64,000 nucleotides of DNA from Corallococcus sp. EGB (lineage in GTDB: Bacteria > Myxococcota > Myxococcia > Myxococcales > Myxococcaceae), in contig NZ_CP079946.1 in NCBI RefSeq assembly GCF_019968905.1, forward strand, positions 5,793,356 through 5,857,355. Direction: 5' to 3'. The notes below the pieces were generated by a model, which searched no databases, was not told the origin of the DNA, and saw only the letters and a list, made by a program, of their open reading frames with translations. Below are positions 1 through 9,442 of the stretch, piece after piece. The position numbers were made by a program, and so were the translations under genes. Positions within the stretch are counted from its first letter, which is position 1. Each line of letters starts with the position of its first letter.

Positions 1-526
1 GACCGAGGTGCAGGCGCAGCGGGTCGTCCCGGAGACCGCTCCCGAAGCGGCACCGGCGGACGAGAACCGCGAGCGGGTGCTGCTGTGCCGCGCCGGCGCG
101 GAGGGTCGCGTGGCCATCCCGCTGTCGCGCGTCACGCGGCTGGAGGAGCTGCCCGCGTCGGACGTGGAGCGGCTGAGCGGAGGCATGGAGATGGCGCGCT
201 ACCACGGGCAGTTGCTGCCGCTGGTGCGCGTGGCCTCCGTGCTGGAGGCGAGGCCTGGGGCGACGGAACAGCTCGCGCGGAACGTGAAGCTCGCGCTGGA
301 CGACTCGCTCTCCGTCGTCGTCACCACGCACGCGGAGACGCGCGTGGGACTGGTGGTGGACGCCATCCTCGACGTCGCGGAGGTGGAGCTCGCGCTCCAG
401 CGGGAGACCCGCCGTCCGGGCGTGCTGGGGTCCATGGTGGTGCAGTCCCGCGCCACCGAGTTCCTGGACGTCGAGGGCACCGTTCGCGCCGTGCACCCGG
501 AGCTGCTGATGGGCGGTGCGCCATGA
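1..526 (+). CDS. cheA: Chemotaxis histidine kinase CheA, C-terminal fragment (CheW-like regulatory domain); 5' end lies outside window
   Basis: ORF 8..526 reads through the window start; CheW-like domain sequence ([25 protein letters not shown]...); TGA overlaps cheW ATG (ATGA); followed by cheW-mcp-cheB-cheR. Confidence 0.7.
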   Translation, partial: TEVQAQRVVPETAPEAAPADENRERVLLCRAGAEGRVAIPLSRVTRLEELPASDVERLSGGMEMARYHGQLLPLVRVASVLEARPGATEQLARNVKLALDDSLSVVVTTHAETRVGLVVDAILDVAEVELALQRETRRPGVLGSMVVQSRATEFLDVEGTVRAVHPELLMGGAP

Positions 527-1011
527 AGGGCTTCCACCAGCTGTGCTCGTTCCAGGTGGGCGACCAACTGTTCGGCCTGGACATCGAACGCGTGCAGGAG
601 ATCCTGATGCCGCCTCCGCTGACGCGCGTGCCCGGCGCGCCTCCGGAGGTCGCGGGGCTGCTCAACCTGCGTGGGCAGATCGTCCCCGCCATCGACCTGC
701 GGCGCCGGCTGGGCCTGCCCGAGGGCACGTCCCCCGCGGACGCGCCCCACGTCGTCCTGCGCGGCGACGAGGGCGCGGTGAGCTTCCGCGTGGATGCCAT
801 CGGCGACATCCTCCCCTTCGAGCCGTCGGCCCTGGCTCCGCTGCCGGACAACCTGCGCGGGCCCCTGCGCTCGTTGCTGTTGGGCGTCCATGCGCTGCCG
901 GACCGGCTGCTGCTCGTGTTGTCCGCGGACGCGGTGGTGGACGGGCTCTCGCCCGCATCCAGCGCCTCCGCCGCCCCTTCCTTCCCCTTGCGTTCCCAGG
1001 AGTCCCGCTGA
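523..1011 (+). CDS. cheW: Chemotaxis coupling protein CheW
   Basis: [28 protein letters not shown]... typical CheW domain; ATG at 523 in frame of ORF 85..1011; start overlaps upstream stop and stop overlaps downstream ATG (translational coupling). Confidence 0.85.
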   Translation: MKGFHQLCSFQVGDQLFGLDIERVQEILMPPPLTRVPGAPPEVAGLLNLRGQIVPAIDLRRRLGLPEGTSPADAPHVVLRGDEGAVSFRVDAIGDILPFEPSALAPLPDNLRGPLRSLLLGVHALPDRLLLVLSADAVVDGLSPASSASAAPSFPLRSQESR

Positions 1012-3074
1012 TGGCACGCTCGACCGCGCCCGCCGTGAAAACCACCCCCTTCCAACGCCTGGGCGGCAAGGCCCCACTGACCGCCGCCGTGCAGAAGCTC
1101 TACGCGCGGGTGCTGGCGGATGCGCTGCTCAAGCCCCTCTTCCGCCGCGCGGACCTCGTCCAGGTGCAGCGCCGGATGGTCGCGTTCCTCACCCAGCTCC
1201 TGGGCGGTCCGGCCCTCTATCGCGGCCGGTCCCCGCGCGATGTGCACGCCGGCATGGAGCTCAAGCCCCATCACTTCGAGCGCGTCGCCGAGCACCTGGC
1301 CGCCGTGCTGGATGAGCTGGACGTGCCCGGCCCTGTCGCTCGAGAGGTGCTCGCGGCCCTGGGCACGATTCAAGGCGACGCCGTGAGCAAGCGCGCCCCG
1401 GCACGTGCCTCGCGGACGCAGGGGCGCCGCGTGGCCGCGACCCCAGTGCCCGCGGCCCGGTCCTCGCGCCGCCGGACGTCCACGCTGCTCGAGGGGGCGC
1501 TGAGCGAGGCGGTGCTGAACGCGGCGAGCGTCAACCTGTTCGTGCTGGACGAAGACCTGGCCATCCTCTTCTCGAACACGGCCTCCTCGGACGCCATCGA
1601 GCGCATCCATCAGGCGTCTGGTTTCAGCGGCGGCGTCGGGGATGCGGGCAGCGATTTCCTCGCCCACTTCGAGCACCAGCTGAGCCTGGAGGACGAGCGG
1701 CTGCGCGACCCCGAGGCGCTTCCGCACGAAGCCCACTTCGCCGTGGGCCCCACCCTGATCAAGGCGCGCATCGACGGCATCAAGGGCCGCGGCGGAGCGC
1801 TCACCGGATACGTGGCGACGTGGACGGACGTCACGGATCAGCAGCGCGCGGACACGGAGATGGCACGCCTCAGGGCCATGCTGGAGAACGCGCCCACCTG
1901 CGTGATGGTGGCCGACCTGGACCTGAAGATCGTCTACCTGAACCCGGCCTCTCGCCGGCTGTTGCAGCGCGTGGAGAAGCACCTGCCCGTCACCGCGGAC
2001 CGGGTGCTGGGCTCCCACATCGACGTCTTCCACCGCGACTCGACGTACCAGCGGAAGCTCCTGTCCAACGACAAGAACCTGCCGGTGCGCGCCAACATCC
2101 CCATCGGCCCGGAGACCGCGGACCTGTTGGTGACGGCGGTGTACGACGGCCAGGGGCGCTACCTGGGCCCCATGGTGACGTGGGAGCTGATCACCGAGAA
2201 GCTCGCCGTGCAGCAGCGCGAGAAGGACCTGGACTCCACCCTGCGCGGCATCTTCCAGGAGGTGACGCAGCACTCGCAGACGCTCGCGGCGGCGTCCCAG
2301 GAGCTGTCCAGCGTCAGCCAGCAGCTGGTGAGCAACGCGCAGGAGACCGCCGCGCAGGCAACCCAGGTGTCCGCCGGCGCGGAGCAGGTCAGCCGCAACG
2401 TGCAGAGCGTCGCGTCCGGCATGGAGGAGGTCAACGCGAACATCCGCGAGGTGGCACGCAACGCGAGCACCGCCGCCAAGGTCGCGGCCTCCGCGGTCAA
2501 GCTGGCGGACTCCACGTCCGCCGTCGTCGGCAAGCTGGGGGCGAGCAGCCAGGACATCGGCAAGGTCATCAAGGTCATCACCTCCATCGCGCAGCAGACC
2601 AACCTGCTCGCGCTCAACGCGACCATCGAGGCAGCCCGCGCGGGCGAGGCGGGCCGGGGCTTCGCGGTGGTGGCCAACGAGGTGAAGGAGCTGGCGCGCG
2701 AGACGGCCCGCGCCACCGAGGACATCGGCCAGAAGATCGGCAGCATCCAGGGCGACACCGAGGAGGTGGTCAACGCCATCCTCGAAATTGGCGCCACCAT
2801 CAGCCGCATCGACGAGCTGCAGACGTCCATCGCCTCCTCCGTGGAGGAGCAGACGGCCACGGCGGGAGAGATCCTCCGCAACGTGGGCGAGGCCGCCAAG
2901 GGCAGCCAGCAGATCTCCGAGAACATGGCCGCCGTGGCGGAGGCCGCGCGGAGCACCACCGAGGGCGCGGGCAGCACGCAGCGCTCCGCGGTGGAGCTGG
3001 CCCACATGGCGCAGTCGCTTCAGCGGCTGGTCGTGCAGGTGGACACGACAGACAAACAGGGACGGACGAAGTAG
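1011..3074 (+). CDS. Soluble methyl-accepting chemotaxis protein: N-terminal truncated (2/2) haemoglobin domain + two PAS domains + MCP signalling domain
   Basis: N-term [33 protein letters not shown]...[38 protein letters not shown] matches trHb signature (F..LGG, FL..GGP..Y.G, H..HF); no TM segments; C-term highly conserved MCP core [35 protein letters not shown]; ATG 1011 overlaps cheW TGA. Confidence 0.85.
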   Translation: MARSTAPAVKTTPFQRLGGKAPLTAAVQKLYARVLADALLKPLFRRADLVQVQRRMVAFLTQLLGGPALYRGRSPRDVHAGMELKPHHFERVAEHLAAVLDELDVPGPVAREVLAALGTIQGDAVSKRAPARASRTQGRRVAATPVPAARSSRRRTSTLLEGALSEAVLNAASVNLFVLDEDLAILFSNTASSDAIERIHQASGFSGGVGDAGSDFLAHFEHQLSLEDERLRDPEALPHEAHFAVGPTLIKARIDGIKGRGGALTGYVATWTDVTDQQRADTEMARLRAMLENAPTCVMVADLDLKIVYLNPASRRLLQRVEKHLPVTADRVLGSHIDVFHRDSTYQRKLLSNDKNLPVRANIPIGPETADLLVTAVYDGQGRYLGPMVTWELITEKLAVQQREKDLDSTLRGIFQEVTQHSQTLAAASQELSSVSQQLVSNAQETAAQATQVSAGAEQVSRNVQSVASGMEEVNANIREVARNASTAAKVAASAVKLADSTSAVVGKLGASSQDIGKVIKVITSIAQQTNLLALNATIEAARAGEAGRGFAVVANEVKELARETARATEDIGQKIGSIQGDTEEVVNAILEIGATISRIDELQTSIASSVEEQTATAGEILRNVGEAAKGSQQISENMAAVAEAARSTTEGAGSTQRSAVELAHMAQSLQRLVVQVDTTDKQGRTK

Positions 3075-3111
3075 CGCGGGCGGAATCAGGGTCCAGGAGC
3101 CACGGCACGTG

Positions 3112-4638
3112 CGAACCGGATTGAAGCGGTGGTGGGAACTGGGCCAGGTGGCCCGCGCCTCCACGCGCCTGCGGCGGGAAGCCCTGCCCCAGGACGCGGA
3201 GCATGTGAGGCGTGAGCTGACCCGGAGGCTGTTGGGCTTGCGCGGCCTGCCGCAGAAGGTGGGGCAGGTGCTCACGCTCGCGGAGCTGGGCGAGGAGGCG
3301 CCGGGGTTCGGCTCGCTCGCGGAGGCGCCCTCCCCGCTCGCGCCGGAGGCCGCGCTGGCGGAGGTGTCCCGCCGGCTGGGCCGTCCGTGGCGGGAGGTCT
3401 TCGCCTCGCTGGACGGCCTGGGCATCGCCGCGTCGTTGGGGCAGGTGCACCGGGGCGTGCTGCACGACGGGCGCGCCGTGGCGGTGAAGCTGCGGCACCC
3501 GGGCATCGCGGAGGCCGTGCGGGATGATCTGCGCGCGCTGGGGCTGCTCGCCGCGCCGCTGGGTGGCTGGCGCGGGAAGTTGGACCTGTCCGCGTACCGC
3601 CACGAAGTCGCCCGGATGCTCCAGGGCGAGCTGGACTACCGCCTCGAGGCCCAGGCCCTGCGGGATGCGGGCACGCGCATGGCGGACGTGCCGGGCGTCG
3701 TCGTCCCCGCGCCCGTGGACGCGCTCACGCGGGAAGACCTGCTGGTGATGACCTGGGTGGACGGTGTGCCGCTCGCGGAGGGCTGGCGCTGGAGCGAGGC
3801 GGACCGCCGCGCGCTGTCCACGACACTGGTGCGCCTGCTCCTCCACGGCTGCTTCACCTGGGGCGCGCTCCATGCGGATCCGCATCCAGGCAACTACCGC
3901 GTGTCCCGGGGACCGGAGGGCCACGTCGTGCTGGGGGTGCTCGACTTCGGCTGCGTGAAGCCATTGCCGCCAGAGGTGGCCGCGGGCCTGGGGCGGTTGA
4001 TCGCGCTCCTCCGTTGCCCTGATTCCCCACCGCGTCCGGAACAGCTGTTGTCCGCGTGGGTGATGCTGGGGTTCACGCCGGAACTGCTGGAGCCCATGGC
4101 GGAGGCGCTGCCCGCCGTCAGCCGCGTGCTGCTGGAGCCATTCCTCCAGGACCGCCCCTTCCACGCGCGAGGCTGGCGGCTGGGAGCGCGGCTCACCGAG
4201 GCGCTGGGGCCGCACCGCTGGAACTTCCGCGCGGCGGGGCCGGCGTCGCTCCTGTACGTCCTGCGCGCGTTCCACGGGCTGGTGCGCCACCTGGACGTGC
4301 TGGACACGCCCATCGCCTGGGGGCCGCTGCTGGACGAGGCCCGCGCGCCGTCACTGCCACCGCCGCCGTCGCACTCCGAGGCGCGGGTGGAGGGCTCCGC
4401 GCGCTACCTGAAGGTCCGCGTGACGGAGGCCGGCAACACCCGCGTCGCGCTGACCTTCCGCGCGGACGTGACGGCGCACCTGGAGGACCTCCTGCCGGAG
4501 GACTTGCCCTCCCGGCTCGCGGCGCGAGGGCTCGATCCGGCAGGCATTGGCGCGGCGGCGGTCGCGGCGGGGCTGCGGCCGTCGGAGTTGTTCCACCTGG
4601 ACGAGGGCGACCGGCATGTCCGGGTCTGGCTCGAGTGA
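3112..4638 (+). CDS. ABC1/UbiB/ADCK-family atypical protein kinase
   Basis: AVKLRHPGIAEAVRDDLRALGL..., LVMTWVDGVPL, HADPHPGNYRV motifs typical of ABC1 atypical kinase domain; start codon uncertain (GTG 3112 / TTG 3124 / GTG 3151). Confidence 0.7.
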   Translation, partial: RTGLKRWWELGQVARASTRLRREALPQDAEHVRRELTRRLLGLRGLPQKVGQVLTLAELGEEAPGFGSLAEAPSPLAPEAALAEVSRRLGRPWREVFASLDGLGIAASLGQVHRGVLHDGRAVAVKLRHPGIAEAVRDDLRALGLLAAPLGGWRGKLDLSAYRHEVARMLQGELDYRLEAQALRDAGTRMADVPGVVVPAPVDALTREDLLVMTWVDGVPLAEGWRWSEADRRALSTTLVRLLLHGCFTWGALHADPHPGNYRVSRGPEGHVVLGVLDFGCVKPLPPEVAAGLGRLIALLRCPDSPPRPEQLLSAWVMLGFTPELLEPMAEALPAVSRVLLEPFLQDRPFHARGWRLGARLTEALGPHRWNFRAAGPASLLYVLRAFHGLVRHLDVLDTPIAWGPLLDEARAPSLPPPPSHSEARVEGSARYLKVRVTEAGNTRVALTFRADVTAHLEDLLPEDLPSRLAARGLDPAGIGAAAVAAGLRPSELFHLDEGDRHVRVWLE

Positions 4639-4660
4639 CACACGGAGAAGGAAGCTACGG

Positions 4661-4996
4661 ATGGTCACCATCGGCATGAACTATGAGGTGCGTGAGGGCA
4701 AGGCGGACGCCTTCGAGCGGAAGTTCGCGCTCGTGCAGGAGGCGATGCGCAAGCTGCCCGAGCACGCGCACACGGAGCTGTTCCGGAGCGTGGGAGCGCC
4801 AGGGCGCTACCTCATCGTCTCGGAATGGCAAAGCCGCGAGGGCTTCGACGCCTTCATCGCGTCCGAGCCCTTCCACCGCGTGACGGACTGGGGGGCGAGC
4901 GCCATCCTCGCGAGCCGGCCGCGCCACGAGGTGTATGGCGAGTCAGCCGCCAGCGCCCCCACGGGCCGCTGTCCGGTCGCGCACGCGGCGCGGTGA
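4661..4996 (+). CDS. Antibiotic-biosynthesis-monooxygenase (ABM) domain protein
   Basis: MVTIGMNYEVREGKADAFERKF...LIVSEWQSREGFDAFIASEPF - ABM/Dabb ferredoxin-like fold signature; ~111 aa. Confidence 0.7.
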   Translation: MVTIGMNYEVREGKADAFERKFALVQEAMRKLPEHAHTELFRSVGAPGRYLIVSEWQSREGFDAFIASEPFHRVTDWGASAILASRPRHEVYGESAASAPTGRCPVAHAAR

Positions 4997-5007
4997 AGCG
5001 GGTGCGC

Positions 5008-6078
5008 ATGAACGCCATCCGGGTCCTGGTGGTGGACGACGCGGCCGTGGTGCGGCGTCAGGTGTCGCTGCTGCTGGGCACGGACCCGGGCCTGGAGGTC
5101 GTCGCCACCGCGCCCAACGGGCGCATCGCGTTGGCGAAGGTGGAGCAGTTCCAGCCGGACGTGGTGCTGCTGGACCTGGAGATGCCGGAGCTGGACGGGC
5201 TGGAGACGCTCAAGCTCCTGCGCCAGCGCGCCCCGGAGCTGCCGGTGGTGATGTTCAGCGCGCTCACTGAACGCGCGGGCGTGCTGACCCTGGAGGCGCT
5301 CGCGCTGGGCGCACGCGACTACGTGACGAAGCCCACGTCCGCGGGCGGGATGAACGTCACCGTGGAGGCCGTGCGGGACGAGCTGGTGCGCAAGCTCAAG
5401 GCGCTCCACGTCCGCACGCCGCCCTGCGCGCCCATCGTCGCTCCAGTGCCTCGCGAATCCCTGCTCCGGCCACGGGCGCCCGCGCGGGTGGAGGTCATCG
5501 TCATCGGGGCTTCGACCGGAGGCCCGGGCGCGCTGGTGCGCGTGGTGTCCGCGCTGCCCGCGGGCCTGCCGGTGCCAGTGCTCATCGTGCAGCACATGCC
5601 GCCCCTCTTCACGCGGCTGCTCGCGGAGCGGTTGCAGGGCGTCACCCCGCTCACCGTGCGCGAGGCGGTGAGCGGCGCGTCCGTGCGGGCGGGCGAGGTG
5701 TGGGTCGCGCCCGGGGACTTCCACTTGGCCGTCTGCCGGGACGCGACGGGCGTGCGGCTCTTCACGCATCAGGGGCCGGCGGAGAACGCGTGCCGTCCGG
5801 CGGTGGACCTGCTCTTCCGCTCCGCGGCGGAGGTGTACGGCGCGGGAGTGCTCGCGGTGGTGCTCACGGGCATGGGCCAGGACGGGCTGCGCGGCTGCCG
5901 GCGGGTGAACGAGGCGGGCGGTCAGGTGGTGGTGCAGGACCAGGCCAGCTGCGTCATCGGCAGCATGCCGGGCGCGGTGGAGCAGGCGGGGCTCGCGGAC
6001 GCGGTGGTGTCGCTGGACGCGCTGGCCCCGGAGCTGGCGCGGCGCGTGGACGCGCGCGGACGGAGGACCGGAGCATGA
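5008..6078 (+). CDS. cheB: Chemotaxis response regulator protein-glutamate methylesterase CheB
   Basis: N-terminal receiver domain (IRVLVVDDAAVVRR...LLDLEMPELDGLETLK) + methylesterase domain (VIVIGASTGGPGAL, GMGQDG); stop overlaps cheR ATG. Confidence 0.9.
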   Translation: MNAIRVLVVDDAAVVRRQVSLLLGTDPGLEVVATAPNGRIALAKVEQFQPDVVLLDLEMPELDGLETLKLLRQRAPELPVVMFSALTERAGVLTLEALALGARDYVTKPTSAGGMNVTVEAVRDELVRKLKALHVRTPPCAPIVAPVPRESLLRPRAPARVEVIVIGASTGGPGALVRVVSALPAGLPVPVLIVQHMPPLFTRLLAERLQGVTPLTVREAVSGASVRAGEVWVAPGDFHLAVCRDATGVRLFTHQGPAENACRPAVDLLFRSAAEVYGAGVLAVVLTGMGQDGLRGCRRVNEAGGQVVVQDQASCVIGSMPGAVEQAGLADAVVSLDALAPELARRVDARGRRTGA

Positions 6079-6971
6079 CGCTTCATCCCGACGACTTCGC
6101 GTACCTGCGGCAGCGCGTGTTGCGCCGCTCCGGGCTCGTGCTGGAGCCCGACACGCACGCCCTGGTGGAGGCGCGCCTCACGCCCCTCCTGCGCGAGGAG
6201 CGGCTGCCGGACCTGCCCGCCCTCGTGTCGCGTTTGCGCTCGCAGCCCGAGGGCAGCCCGCTCCATCAACGCGTGGCGGAGGCGTTGGCCAACCACGAGA
6301 CGGCCTTCTTCCGAGACACCCCTGTCTTCGAGGCCCTGCGCACCACCGCGCTGCCCGCCCTGCTGGCGAAGCGCGTCCGCACGCGGACCCTGCGCATCTG
6401 GTGCGCGGCGTGCGCCTACGGCCAGGAGCCCTACAGCGTGGCCATGACGCTGGCCGAGGCCGGGCTGCTCATCACCGGCTGGACCGTGCGCATCCTCGCC
6501 ACCGACTTCTCCACCCGCGCGCTCGTGCGTGCCTGCGAGGCCCGCTACGACGCGAAGGAGATCCACCGGGGCCTGCCCTCCGAGCTGCGTCAGCGCTACT
6601 TCCGCCCGGAGCGCGACGGGTGGCGGCTGAACGACCAGGTTCGCAAGCCGGTGGAGTTCCGGCCGCTCAACCTGCTGGACGACTTCTCCATGGAAGCGCC
6701 CATGGACCTCATCTTCCTGCGCAACGTGATGATCTACTGGGACGTGCCCACCCGGCGCGCGGTGCTCGCCCGCGTGCGGCGGATGCTCCACCAGGACGGC
6801 TTCCTGGTGCTGGGCGCCGCGGAGGCCTCGCCCCTGGTGGAGGACGGCTTCACGCGGCACCTGCTGGGACAGACGAGCTGGTACCGCCCCGCGCCCGTCC
6901 CGCCCCATGCCGGCGCGGGCGCCCCCGTGAAGGAAGCGCCGCGCCCTCCGCGCTCCGGCGCTACACCTTGA
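6075..6971 (+). CDS. cheR: Chemotaxis protein methyltransferase CheR
   Basis: ETAFFRDTPVFEAL, RIWCAACAYGQEPYSVAM, DLIFLRNVMIYWD - CheR SAM-dependent MTase motifs. Confidence 0.9.
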   Translation: MTLHPDDFAYLRQRVLRRSGLVLEPDTHALVEARLTPLLREERLPDLPALVSRLRSQPEGSPLHQRVAEALANHETAFFRDTPVFEALRTTALPALLAKRVRTRTLRIWCAACAYGQEPYSVAMTLAEAGLLITGWTVRILATDFSTRALVRACEARYDAKEIHRGLPSELRQRYFRPERDGWRLNDQVRKPVEFRPLNLLDDFSMEAPMDLIFLRNVMIYWDVPTRRAVLARVRRMLHQDGFLVLGAAEASPLVEDGFTRHLLGQTSWYRPAPVPPHAGAGAPVKEAPRPPRSGATP

Positions 6972-7881
6972 GGCGGATGGCGCCGGGGAGCAGCGTCATG
7001 CGGCAGGGCAGCCTGCCCGGCGTCTCACCGTCCACGTCCAGGAACACGTCACCCGTCAAGGGCTCCGCATGGAGCGTGCGGCAGCGCAGCCGCCGCGTGC
7101 CCTTCCAGGTGACGTGGTCGCCGTTGTAGACGCCCTTCGACTTGAGGACGAAGTCGGACAGGCCGTAGTTGGACCAGATGGTGACGTCGAAGAGGCCGTC
7201 GTGCGTCACCGCCTCGGGCGCCACGAACATGCCGCTTCCGAAGTAGCGGCCGTTGGCCACGGCGATCGCGGTGACGCTCACCGTCTCCGGCTCGCCGCCG
7301 TCCACCGTGATGCGCACCTGCTGCTCCTGGTACTTCAAGAGGCCCTTCACGGTGCCCCACATGAAGCTCAGGTTGCCGCCGAGCGCCTTGCTGCCCTGGT
7401 TCACCTCGCGGGCCACCACCGCGCTCACGCCGAACGAGGCGATGTTCGCGAAGAAGCGGGTGGCCGGCTTGCCGTCGTTGTCGGTGAACTCCAGCCGCCC
7501 CACGTCGAAGGGCTCGGTCGTCTCCGAGCGCAGGCGCTCCAGCGCGGACGTCAGCTCCAGGTCCCACCCGAAGGTGCGCCGGAAGTCGCCGCCCGTGCCC
7601 CGGGGCAACAGCCCCAGCGTGGCCTGGGGGTTGATGACCTGGCCGTCGCGGAAGAAGCCGTTGGTGACTTCATTGAGGGTGCCGTCTCCGCCCACCGCGA
7701 CGATGCACTCATAGCCATCGTCGATGGCCTGCCGCGCCAGACGCGCCGCATCCATGCCGCCGCTGGTGAAGCCGTACCCGAAGTCGCCGAGCACCTTGCC
7801 CACCTGCGCGGAGATCTCCACCCATCGCTTCCCCGTCTGCCCGTTGGCGCTGCGCGGGTTGACCACGAGGAACGTCTTCAT
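6961..7881 (-). CDS. Diacylglycerol/lipid kinase catalytic-domain protein (YegS/BmrU family)
   Basis: MKTFLVVNPRSANGQTG...CIVAVGGDGTLNEVTNGF...GLLPRGTGGDF - DAGK_cat signature; 3' end overlaps cheR 3' end convergently by 11 bp. Confidence 0.8.
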   Translation of the reverse strand: MKTFLVVNPRSANGQTGKRWVEISAQVGKVLGDFGYGFTSGGMDAARLARQAIDDGYECIVAVGGDGTLNEVTNGFFRDGQVINPQATLGLLPRGTGGDFRRTFGWDLELTSALERLRSETTEPFDVGRLEFTDNDGKPATRFFANIASFGVSAVVAREVNQGSKALGGNLSFMWGTVKGLLKYQEQQVRITVDGGEPETVSVTAIAVANGRYFGSGMFVAPEAVTHDGLFDVTIWSNYGLSDFVLKSKGVYNGDHVTWKGTRRLRCRTLHAEPLTGDVFLDVDGETPGRLPCRMTLLPGAIRLKV

Positions 7882-7957
7882 TCAGTACCTTCTCCCTGCT
7901 GCGAGAACGGCCTGTTTACGCAATTGTTTGCCGGGGCTCCACTCCAGGACCCACAAG

Positions 7958-8716
7958 ATGACCCGTTTGACCGGGGTGTTTGTCACCCAAACCGGTCCAT
8001 GGTGGGCTTCCCAACCCTCTCCGCGCCCTGGACCCCGAGTGAAAGGCCCGCCCCCCACCGAGCAGCTCGCGCCCCACCGCGAGGCCACCCGCGCCCTGGA
8101 CTGGGCACTGCCCGCGCTCCGGTGGGACCTGGAGGCCGCGGCGCGGCAGGCCTTCCGGGAGACGGGCGCCCAGGAGGACTTCCTGCTCCGCCATGACGCA
8201 CCGGCCCATGAAGCCCAGGGGCCGGCGCGGACGGAGCGCTTCGAGCGGGCCCTCGCCCGGGTCCGGCGCCTCGCGGACGCCGGTGAGCCGCTGACCTTCA
8301 CCGGGATGGTGGAGGTCCAGTCGATGCTGCTGGGCGGTCCCACGGGCTTCCGCACTGGCGACGCCTTCGCGAGGAGTGGCGCGCACCGGTACGCGCACAC
8401 GCCCGGCCTGGAGGCGGCGTTCCGCGAGAAGGTGGAGTCGGAAGCGCGGGAGCAGCGCCATCCGGTGGCGCACGCCACGCGGTTGTACCTGGACCTGTGT
8501 TTCTTCCACCCCTTCCCGGACGGAAACGCCCGAGCGGCGCGGCTGTGGCTGGAATACATGCTGCGGCGGGGCCGCCTGCCCACCCCGCCCCTGGTCCCGG
8601 TGGTCCTGTGGCGCAAGAACCCGGGAGACGCGGTGAACTACACGCGGCTGGCCCGGCTGCTGGCCCGGAGCATCGCGGGGCCTGACGCGCCGTGCCGCAA
8701 CGAGGTGCCGGGATGA
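7958..8716 (+). CDS. Fic/Doc-family protein (putative AMPylating enzyme)
   Basis: Fic core motif FHPFPDGNARAARL (HxFx(D/E)GNxR); start assigned to ATG 7958 (alternatives downstream). Confidence 0.7.
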   Translation: MTRLTGVFVTQTGPWWASQPSPRPGPRVKGPPPTEQLAPHREATRALDWALPALRWDLEAAARQAFRETGAQEDFLLRHDAPAHEAQGPARTERFERALARVRRLADAGEPLTFTGMVEVQSMLLGGPTGFRTGDAFARSGAHRYAHTPGLEAAFREKVESEAREQRHPVAHATRLYLDLCFFHPFPDGNARAARLWLEYMLRRGRLPTPPLVPVVLWRKNPGDAVNYTRLARLLARSIAGPDAPCRNEVPG

Positions 8717-8729
8717 ACGAGGTGACCGC

Positions 8730-9425
8730 ATGAGCAAGGCATCCCTGGGGACCTGGGACCGCATCCGCGACAGCCTGGACGCGTACGACCCGGAGAAGGT
8801 CATCCGCATGCTGCGCGAATATCTGGCGCCGCGTGTGCCGCCGGAGGCGCGCAAGCTCACGGACGAGCAGCACGACGCGATGGCGAAGCACGTCCAGGGG
8901 CTGCTCCGGCAGAACCTGGGGCCCTGGTACACGGACACGAATCTGTCTCTGGGCAATGAGAGCTTCGGAGGCTACTGCTGGTGTCACAGCTTCTTCCGGC
9001 ACAAGCCCCTGCCGGACATGAGCGTGGAACACAACATCCAGCTCATCATCAACGCGCTGGAGCGGTCGCGCGAATGGCTGTTCAAGCTGGATGCCCATTT
9101 CCAGGCGCTGAAACAGGGCCTGCCCTCGGCGCCCGAGGACACGGACATCCGGCTGCTCGCGCTGGCGGATGGCATTGTCACCACGGTGAACCTCACCATG
9201 GACGCCACCGGCTGCGAGGAGGCCTGGTACACCTTCGCGGACGAGGCGATGGCGTGGATGTTCGACGCCATCGGACTGCGCCCGGGCTATCAGGCCGGGA
9301 AGCTGATGCGGAAGCTGTTCGCCTTCGAGTCCTGGCACTCGCCGCTCGAGGGGGAGCTGCGCGACTCGGCGGAGAAGGTGGCGGCCGCCGTCGTGGAGGA
9401 CGAGGGCCGCCGGCACGCGCACTGA
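8730..9425 (+). CDS. Hypothetical protein, co-transcribed 14 bp downstream of fic gene
   Basis: 231-aa ORF with good codon bias and no recognisable motif (GGYCWCHSFFRHKP); tight spacing with Fic gene. Confidence 0.55.
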   Translation: MSKASLGTWDRIRDSLDAYDPEKVIRMLREYLAPRVPPEARKLTDEQHDAMAKHVQGLLRQNLGPWYTDTNLSLGNESFGGYCWCHSFFRHKPLPDMSVEHNIQLIINALERSREWLFKLDAHFQALKQGLPSAPEDTDIRLLALADGIVTTVNLTMDATGCEEAWYTFADEAMAWMFDAIGLRPGYQAGKLMRKLFAFESWHSPLEGELRDSAEKVAAAVVEDEGRRHAH

Positions 9426-9442
9426 GTCCTTGCCCCGTCCTT

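Noticed and set aside
516-1010. N-terminal 165 codons of the 852-aa ORF (516..3074) as part of the MCP
   Set aside because: This stretch overlaps cheW in another frame and is low complexity; the conserved globin domain begins right after ATG 1011, which also overlaps the cheW stop, so the MCP was started at 1011
321-3506. 1061-aa minus-strand ORF antisense to cheW and mcp
   Set aside because: High-GC antisense frame artefact: Arg/Ala/Gly/Pro-rich low-complexity translation with no motifs, fully overlapped by sense genes with textbook CheW and MCP signatures
2800-4290. 496-aa minus-strand ORF antisense to the ABC1 kinase gene (and similar ORFs 85..1011 upstream part, 199..1077, 1820..3124, 4056..4679)
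   Set aside because: Same artefact class; composition dominated by R/A/G/P, no start context, opposite strand has recognisable domains
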